64,000 nt of DNA, from contig JBHLOY010000004.1 in NCBI GenBank assembly GCA_048939995.1, positions 128,001-192,000 of the forward strand. Direction: 5' to 3'. Shown piece by piece: positions 57,931 through 64,000 of the stretch. The DNA comes from Promethearchaeota archaeon (GTDB lineage Archaea; Asgardarchaeota; Lokiarchaeia; Sigyniarchaeales; SOKP01). How positions within the stretch are numbered: the stretch's first letter is position 1; every line of letters begins with the position of its first letter. A program made the translations under genes and the position numbers. Below the pieces are notes generated by a model. The model saw only the letters and a list, made by a program, of their open reading frames with translations, ran no database searches and was not told the DNA's origin.

Positions 57931-59466
57931 ATGAATTCCAAGGATAAAATCGTTAAAAAATTAAATCAAATTTTAGAGAAAGGTCAAATATTAACAGATT
58001 TGGAAGATCAATACGTTTATTCCTTTGAAAAAGTCTTTTTAAATCAGAATCTCACGAAACCTGATATTGTGATAAGGTCCCCCTCACTAGATGAAGAAAA
58101 GAAGATAAAGGATTTAGCTGAACAAGAAGGTCTGATTTTAATTGAGAGGGGAAGAAGACCTTTATCAACTTTACACAAACCAGCTACACCCATAATTTTA
58201 TTAGATAATATAGAAATCCCAGTTCTTGATTCATGTTCCGAAGCGGTTCAAAGCACTAATTTATTCACGAATTTGAACATAGGAGGGTATGGAACCTATA
58301 AAAATATTGCGTTGGCAGTACAGAATTTGCTTTCAGGGAAGACTTTAAGTAATTGTCAAAAATGCAAAACATGCAGTGGATATTGTACCGTTAACCAATC
58401 CTTTAATGGAATTGAAACATGGTCGTCGAAAGGAAGATTACTTATAATAAGAGGAATCATGCGTGGAGATTTGCTATTTTCAGAAAAGGTTGCTAATATA
58501 ATATATAATTGTACTAAATGTGGTCTTTGCTTTGCTCAATGTTTTCAAAATTTAGAGCTTCACGAGGCTATAATGTATCTAAGGCATCAGCTAAGAAAAG
58601 AAAATCTAGCACCGCAAATTTTTCATCAAACAAACGAAAATATTTTAAAGTATGGAAACCCTAGCGCTATACCATCTAATAGGCGTCTTTCCAAAATAAA
58701 AAATTATTCTGGATCAAGTCTCAAAGCACAAAAAGAAAACCTTTGCTGGTTAGGGTGTACAGTTGCAACTCGAACTCCTAAAACTGCTCAATCACTCATT
58801 AATATCTTAAACCAAATGAAAATTGATTATACAACATTAGGAAATGATGAAGGATGTTGTGGTTATGTCTTAATATCAACAGGATTATGGGCTGAAGCAA
58901 GAAGGGTCGCTGAGGAGGTTGTAGAAAGAGTTGAAAGAACCAAGGCTAAAACCTTAATAACTCCTTGTTCAGGTTGTTATTACACTTTTACAAGACTTTA
59001 TCCCGAGATTCTTAATGTTCAAATGCCATGTAATATACTTCATACATCTCAATTTCTTGAAAATGCTATAAAGAATGAACAAATCAACCTTACACCATTA
59101 AACTTTAATATTACTTATCATGATCCATGTTCACTTGGAAGACATAGTCAAATTTACGACCCCCCGCGCAATGTGTTAAAAGCAATACCTAATTTGAATT
59201 TAATTGAAATGTCAAAGAATAAAAATTGTGCGCGATGTTGTGGAGGCGGAGGTGGATTATGGTCTTATAATAATACAATAAGCCTAGAATCAACTCAAAC
59301 TAGATTGAAGGAAGATTTACCTAAAGATGTGAATATTTTAACGACAGCTTGTCCTCAATGTCAAATCAACTTCCGGTTTGCCTCACATGCGAAAAATAGT
59401 ATAAATAAGTCATTAAAAATTTATGATATTACAGAAATATTTGAATTAGCTATGCAGAATGAATAA
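57931..59466 (+). CDS. CCG-domain Fe-S oxidoreductase (HdrD/GlcF-like) with vestigial GlcD-like N-terminus
   Basis: CQKCKTC...C, CTKCGLC...C, GC, EGCCG, PCSGC, YHDPC.LGR, CCGGGGG, TACPQC. Confidence 0.85.
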   Translation: MNSKDKIVKKLNQILEKGQILTDLEDQYVYSFEKVFLNQNLTKPDIVIRSPSLDEEKKIKDLAEQEGLILIERGRRPLSTLHKPATPIILLDNIEIPVLDSCSEAVQSTNLFTNLNIGGYGTYKNIALAVQNLLSGKTLSNCQKCKTCSGYCTVNQSFNGIETWSSKGRLLIIRGIMRGDLLFSEKVANIIYNCTKCGLCFAQCFQNLELHEAIMYLRHQLRKENLAPQIFHQTNENILKYGNPSAIPSNRRLSKIKNYSGSSLKAQKENLCWLGCTVATRTPKTAQSLINILNQMKIDYTTLGNDEGCCGYVLISTGLWAEARRVAEEVVERVERTKAKTLITPCSGCYYTFTRLYPEILNVQMPCNILHTSQFLENAIKNEQINLTPLNFNITYHDPCSLGRHSQIYDPPRNVLKAIPNLNLIEMSKNKNCARCCGGGGGLWSYNNTISLESTQTRLKEDLPKDVNILTTACPQCQINFRFASHAKNSINKSLKIYDITEIFELAMQNE

Positions 59467-59469
59467 GAA

Positions 59470-59625
59470 TTATTTTGCCAGCCCTCGAACTTTAGGTTGT
59501 CCTGGCCAAGGCCATGAAATTCTATATGTGATATTACAATGAGGACAAGTAGCTTCTTTTGCATTTTCTTGAACTGAAAAACGCTTCAGACAATTCATGC
59601 ATCGACATTTAGCATCTTCACTCAT
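59470..59625 (-). CDS. Small Zn-finger protein (51 aa)
   Basis: Hand translation MSEDAKCRCMNCLKRFSVQENAKEATCPHCNITYRISWPWPGQPKVRGLAK-stop; below the ORF-track cutoff. Confidence 0.75.
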   Translation of the reverse strand: MSEDAKCRCMNCLKRFSVQENAKEATCPHCNITYRISWPWPGQPKVRGLAK

Positions 59626-59911
59626 ATATAGATCGCTTATTGTTCTATAATCCTTGGTTAGTTTTATGTTATATGTTTCTTATTATATTTAATATTTTAA
59701 ATTATTTTTCTACCTATTTGTTTTTGTTGAATTATTTAAATCTAATGGATGATTTAAATAAAAGGTAAAATATATTAATTTTATAAGTGGATACTATAAT
59801 TAAATTTATTTCAGAGTTTAGTTCTGTACTTTCTGCGGGCATATTTTCCCATCGCACTAAAAACGTGATACATTTCGCTTTAATAAAATTAGGCATTAGA
59901 GGTGGAAAACT

Positions 59912-61801
59912 ATAGTTTGGAATAGAAAAATCGCTTATATTAATCTATCTACTGGAGAAATTAATACAAAAAATATTCCAAGATCAATTCGGAAAAAGTA
60001 TTTAGGCGGTAGGGGTATAAATATGTACCTACTTTATAATCATCTTTTACCTGGCATTGACCCCTTAAGTCCTGAAAATGTCTTACTTGTAGGTACTGGT
60101 TTACTTACAGGAATTCCTGCGCTAGGGAGTGGGAGATGTGATATTTCAGCGAAATCGCCATTAACTGGTGCTATTGGTGATTCCAATATAGGAGGTTTTT
60201 TTGCCCCTGAAATGAGAATGGCCGGATTTGACCATCTTGTTATTACTGGAAAAGCTGAGAAGCCTAGTTATCTTTTCATTAATGATGAGAATATAGAAAT
60301 ACGAGATGCCAGTAATATTTGGGGTAAAAATACATTTGAAACACAAGGTTTAATACGTTCAAAAAATGGAGATGAGGAGATTAAATCGTTAGTAATAGGT
60401 AAAGCAGGTGAAAATCTTGTACGCTTTGCTAATGTGAGAACAGGAATGAAAAATTCTGCGGGACGAACTGGTATGGGGTGTGTTATGGGTTCCAAAAATC
60501 TTAAAGCTATTTCAGCTCGTGGAACATTGGATATTGAATTTACTTACCCCGATGAGTTGTTAGAGTATTGCAGAGATATTATCGAGATGGTTATGAAGAA
60601 TCGATACTCTCGAGCAGCTTCCAAATGGGGAACTCTCGTTATATATAGCACAACTAATACAACTGGATTAATTAGAACCAAAAATTTTCAATTAAACCAA
60701 TTAGAAAAAGGATGGGATATTGAACCCGAAGAGATGGATAAATACACCATAGGTATGTCTGGTTGTTATGGTTGTCCTGTTAGCTGTAGACACCGTTATA
60801 TATTGAAAGAGGGAGCTTTTGCTCCCATTTTTGCAGAAGGTCCGGAATATACCTCTCTTGGGGCATTTGGTACTATGGTCGATTGCAAAAAGATGGAGAC
60901 AATTCTTATAGCAAATCATCTTGTTAACAAATATGGTTTGGATACTTTAGAAACAGGGGGCCTTATTGCTTGGGCGATGGAACTTTATGAGAAAGGCATA
61001 ATAAATGAAAAAGTTACCGAGGGCTTAAAACTCGAATGGGGTAATGAAGAAGTACTTTATGAATTGATTAAAAAAATTACTTATCGCGAAGGTTTTGGTA
61101 ATATTTTGGCAGATGGATTTAAGAGCGCAATAACGAAAATAGGTAAAGAATCTGAGTATTATGCAATTGAAGTAAAAGGGATGAGTAATTTACACTCAGA
61201 TGAACGTCCCACACCCAGTCTAGCCTTGGGGATCACTACATCGACGAGAGGAGCTGATCATCTAAGAGGACGTCCAGCTATCGATCTCTATGGATTGCCA
61301 GAAGATTTTCTGGAAGAAATTTATGGAGGTAAGATGTCTTCTGATTATAGATCATATGTAGGTAAGAGTCGTATGGTTTGGTGGCAAGAGCTCTTATACG
61401 CAGTAACTGATTCACTTGGTACTTGTAAATTTCAAACGGTTTTTCTGGCTGTTCATGCTCCAAAATGGGAAGAATTCTCAAGATTGATTAAACTAGCTAC
61501 GGGGATGGAGTTTTCTGTTTCTGAACTTATGGAAATTGGTGAAAGAATTTACACAATTGAAAGATTATTCAATAATCGGGAAGGCTTTTCACGCAAAGAT
61601 GATATCTTGCCAGATAGATATTTTAAAGAAGCAACTCCTATAGGGCTTCCGCGAGTGCAGGGCTTAAAGATAGATTATGATAAATTTCAAAACATGTTAG
61701 ATGATTATTATATCCTTCATGGATGGGATACTGAGGGAGTTCCAACCCAAGAAACACTAGAGAAACTCGAATTAGAGAAAGAACCAACTCACATAATATA
61801 G
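59912..61801 (+). CDS. aor: Tungsten-dependent aldehyde:ferredoxin oxidoreductase family protein (ORF track starts at 60023; reading frame is open from 59900)
   Basis: In-frame upstream WNRKIAYINLSTG...YLGGRG; KSPLTG, GGFFAPE..AGFD, AGRTGMGCVMGSKNLKA, GCYGCPVSC, GPEY, GLDT, RGADH, DSLGTCKF, YY..HGWD..GVP. Confidence 0.9.
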   Translation: MVWNRKIAYINLSTGEINTKNIPRSIRKKYLGGRGINMYLLYNHLLPGIDPLSPENVLLVGTGLLTGIPALGSGRCDISAKSPLTGAIGDSNIGGFFAPEMRMAGFDHLVITGKAEKPSYLFINDENIEIRDASNIWGKNTFETQGLIRSKNGDEEIKSLVIGKAGENLVRFANVRTGMKNSAGRTGMGCVMGSKNLKAISARGTLDIEFTYPDELLEYCRDIIEMVMKNRYSRAASKWGTLVIYSTTNTTGLIRTKNFQLNQLEKGWDIEPEEMDKYTIGMSGCYGCPVSCRHRYILKEGAFAPIFAEGPEYTSLGAFGTMVDCKKMETILIANHLVNKYGLDTLETGGLIAWAMELYEKGIINEKVTEGLKLEWGNEEVLYELIKKITYREGFGNILADGFKSAITKIGKESEYYAIEVKGMSNLHSDERPTPSLALGITTSTRGADHLRGRPAIDLYGLPEDFLEEIYGGKMSSDYRSYVGKSRMVWWQELLYAVTDSLGTCKFQTVFLAVHAPKWEEFSRLIKLATGMEFSVSELMEIGERIYTIERLFNNREGFSRKDDILPDRYFKEATPIGLPRVQGLKIDYDKFQNMLDDYYILHGWDTEGVPTQETLEKLELEKEPTHII

Positions 61802-61816
61802 TAAAGAGGGATTAAC

Positions 61817-62305
61817 ATGGCAAAGATTTTGTTTGTTGATACAGAAAAATGCACAGGATGCCGATTGTGTGAGAATGTGTGTTCAATTTCCCATGAAAAA
61901 GTAAGTAATCCAAATAGAGCAAGAATCCATATCGTAAAATGGGAAAATGCTGGATTATACATCCCAATGGTCTGTCAGCAATGTGAAACACCTATTTGTG
62001 AAACAGTTTGTCCTATGAGTGCAATAAGCAGAGATCAAAAAACAGGAGCTATGCTTATCAATGAAGACTTATGCGTAGGGTGTAAAATGTGTGTTATGTT
62101 TTGTCCATTGGGGGGCGTTGGAATAGATAAAAGTAGAAAAATATTGAAATGTGACCTTTGTGAAGGAGATCCAATCTGTGTAAAGTTTTGTATTCCTGGA
62201 GCACTTCAATATTTAGATGCAAACGCACTTAATTTACAAAAAAGAAGAGTAGCAGCAGAAAAATTATCAGAATTAATGAAGAAATTATTAGATATATCAA
62301 TTTAA
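61817..62305 (+). CDS. 4Fe-4S dicluster electron-transfer subunit of AOR
   Basis: Four Cys clusters: CTGCRLC..C, CQQC..P.C..CP, CVGCKMC...CP, KCDLC..P.C..C. Confidence 0.9.
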   Translation: MAKILFVDTEKCTGCRLCENVCSISHEKVSNPNRARIHIVKWENAGLYIPMVCQQCETPICETVCPMSAISRDQKTGAMLINEDLCVGCKMCVMFCPLGGVGIDKSRKILKCDLCEGDPICVKFCIPGALQYLDANALNLQKRRVAAEKLSELMKKLLDISI

Positions 62306-62329
62306 AATTAATTTTAAAGAAGATTAATT

Positions 62330-63280
62330 ATGGAGAAAACTTTTAAATTTGGAATTATTGGTATAGGTCCAACAGGAGGAATTTTAGCAGCACATCTTGC
62401 CAAAGCAGGCCATAATGTGGTATTAGTTGATGTCTATAAGAGCCATATGGATATGATTAAAAAAAAGGGATTGACCATAACTAATCTAAAAGAATTTAAT
62501 GCAAAATACTCCGAAGAAAATATTTGTTATTCAATAGACGAACTTCATAATAAAGAAGTAGATACTTTATTTATTGCTGTAAAAGCATCTCGTTTAAATG
62601 AGATCTTACCTCAAATTAAAAGTATTGTAAAACCAACCACTACTTTAATTAGTCTGCAGAATGGATTTGACACAGAAGAACTTATAGCAAAATACGGAGG
62701 TGTAGAAAACACAATTCGAGTAGTTGTTAATTATGCTGGAAACTTAATAGAAGAAGGTGTTATTAGGATGTCTTTCTTCAACCCTCCAAATTATATCGGC
62801 GTTTTATCCACTCAAGCTGAAAATAAGGCTAAAAAACTAGCTGAAATCATCACTTCAGCTGGATTAGATACCAAATTTACTCCAGATATAAAAAAGTACG
62901 AATGGAAGAAATGCATATTGAATTGTATTAGTCCTGTATGTGTCACGACTCGTACAACCATGAAACAAACCATGGGATTTAGTGACACGAGAGATCTTTG
63001 TAGAGAAATATTACGCGAATGTATTGAGGTTGCTAAAGCACGAGGTATTAATTACGAACCAGACTTTTTAGATAAAGCCATGGAATATTTGGATAAAGCA
63101 GGACATCACAGAGTCTCGATGGAGGCAGATATAGATGCTGGAAACCCTTCTGAAATTGATTTTCTTAATGGGAAAATAGTTGAGTATGGAAAGCTTGAAG
63201 GTATTTCTACACCATATAATAAGATCTTTGTCTCTCTAATTAAAGGATGTGAGCTCCCTCCGATCAATCATGAAAGATGA
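62330..63280 (+). CDS. panE: Ketopantoate reductase (PanE/ApbA) family 2-oxoacid reductase
   Basis: GIGPTGG, AVKA, SLQNG, W.K..LN, SM..D, EIDFLNG, TPYN. Confidence 0.85.
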   Translation: MEKTFKFGIIGIGPTGGILAAHLAKAGHNVVLVDVYKSHMDMIKKKGLTITNLKEFNAKYSEENICYSIDELHNKEVDTLFIAVKASRLNEILPQIKSIVKPTTTLISLQNGFDTEELIAKYGGVENTIRVVVNYAGNLIEEGVIRMSFFNPPNYIGVLSTQAENKAKKLAEIITSAGLDTKFTPDIKKYEWKKCILNCISPVCVTTRTTMKQTMGFSDTRDLCREILRECIEVAKARGINYEPDFLDKAMEYLDKAGHHRVSMEADIDAGNPSEIDFLNGKIVEYGKLEGISTPYNKIFVSLIKGCELPPINHER

Positions 63281-64000
63281 ATATTATTTTGTTGGTATAG
63301 ATGCAGGAACTTCATATACTAAAGCAGTGCTGATAAATATCAAAATGGAGTTGCTAAGCTTTTTTGTTAGACGAACTGGTATTTCTATTGAAGCTTCAAG
63401 TAGTGCTGCGTTTAAAGCGATTCTTTCTAGTGCATCATTATCAAAAATTGATATAAACCATATTACTGCTACAGGATATGGGAAAAGTAAGGTTGATTTT
63501 GCCAATACTTACAAGACTGAAATTAGCTGTCATGCAAAAGGTGCATATCATTATTTTCCCAAGGAGATAACAATTATCGATATAGGAGGACAAGATACTA
63601 AAGTAATCAAACTTGATAATAAAGGCAAGATAATTAGATTTAAAATGAACAGAAAATGTGCTGCAGGAACAGGTGCATTTATCGAGGAGATTGCCCATCA
63701 ACTCGATATTCCACTCACAGAATTAAATAATCTAGCAGCAAAATCTGCTTCAAATGCTCCTCTTGCAAGTTATTGTACAGTTTTTGCTAAAACAGAGATT
63801 CTTTCTCGCATAAAACAAGGGGAGAAAGTTGAAGACTTGCTAAAAAGTGTATTTGGCTCTGTAATTAAAAGAATCATTGAGATGGCCGAACTAGAAGGTA
63901 CGATTGTACTTACTGGTGGAGTAATTGCTCATAATAAAATTATTGGTGAAATATTAAAAAATGAGATTAAATTAAATATTTTAATTCCTCCAAACCCTCA
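63270..64000 (+). CDS. 2-hydroxyacyl-CoA dehydratase activase (HgdC/BcrAD-like ASKHA ATPase), partial
   Basis: Hand translation MKDEYYFVGIDAGTSYTK...ATGYG...TEISCHAKG...DIGGQDTK...MNRKCAAGTG...YCTVFAKTE...TGGV; overlaps the panE end by 11 nt; not in ORF track. Confidence 0.9.
   Translation, partial: MKDEYYFVGIDAGTSYTKAVLINIKMELLSFFVRRTGISIEASSSAAFKAILSSASLSKIDINHITATGYGKSKVDFANTYKTEISCHAKGAYHYFPKEITIIDIGGQDTKVIKLDNKGKIIRFKMNRKCAAGTGAFIEEIAHQLDIPLTELNNLAAKSASNAPLASYCTVFAKTEILSRIKQGEKVEDLLKSVFGSVIKRIIEMAELEGTIVLTGGVIAHNKIIGEILKNEIKLNILIPPNP

Noticed and set aside
59912-61801. AOR-family gene as BamB (class II tungsten benzoyl-CoA reductase)
   Set aside because: The sequence looks like a generic AOR, lacks the BamB-specific segments I recall, and no bamCDEF-type partners are present. 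The ring reductase here is class I. A phylogeny would settle it.
57518-63280. Selenocysteine read-through at TGA stops (SAMP, panE; also amrS, DMT, surface protein)
   Set aside because: Each TGA falls at the natural end of its family (e.g. after the GG of SAMP). No in-frame TGA was seen at a Cys position and no convincing SECIS was found.
2605-63701. Numerous 60-155 aa ORFs antisense to or overlapping real genes (e.g. 8058-8492, 14663-14989, 32049-32516, 37537-37767, 44117-44416, 56847-57203, 63284-63701)
   Set aside because: Shadow ORFs of well-supported CDS, with no motifs
1-64000. CRISPR arrays, tRNA/rRNA genes, transposases, integrases, defence systems
   Set aside because: No regularly spaced repeats, cloverleafs or mobile-element motifs seen; intergenic regions are short and AT-rich. 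The Sir2 is a classical deacylase, not a defence-type Sir2.

Overview
An AT-rich, gene-dense archaeal window. It is most likely Asgard/Lokiarchaeia-like, inferred from archaeal ribosomal proteins uS15 and eS1, a TFS/RpoM-like Zn ribbon, a longin/roadblock-like protein, a bacterial-type RNase III and expanded alpha/beta-hydrolases. It has four blocks. (1) 1-6.7 kb, housekeeping: Sir2, longin-like protein, GlmU, AidB-like acyl-CoA dehydrogenase, rps3ae, rps15, rdgB. (2) 6.7-22.5 kb, a tight five-gene, 15.8-kb minus-strand operon: a MacB/LolD-type ATPase and two paralogous double-FtsX permeases enclosing a 1303-aa surface protein and a 1577-aa membrane-anchored subtilase with a cytoplasmic Zn-finger tail. 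This is the best candidate for an undescribed system. (3) 22.8-41 kb, mixed metabolic genes: RNase III, SCP2-like, truncated TFS, GDPD, AcdA, GH35, MFS, three tandem hydrolases, AmrS, UbiA, TSUP. (4) 41-64 kb, an anaerobic aromatic-degradation island: class I bzd-type benzoyl-CoA reductase (bzdNOPQ, ferredoxin, BzdV-like reductase) with had/dch/oah. A divergent arm carries a CoA ligase, thiolase, two MaoC, a second 2-hydroxyacyl-CoA dehydratase subunit and activase, SAMP/MoaD, tungsten AOR and PanE. Three CDS missing from the ORF track were translated by hand (Sir2 and activase partials, a 51-aa Zn finger), and the AOR N-terminus extends to a probable AUA start. No rRNA, tRNA, CRISPR array or transposase was recognised. 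All calls rest on motifs and context; no database search was run.
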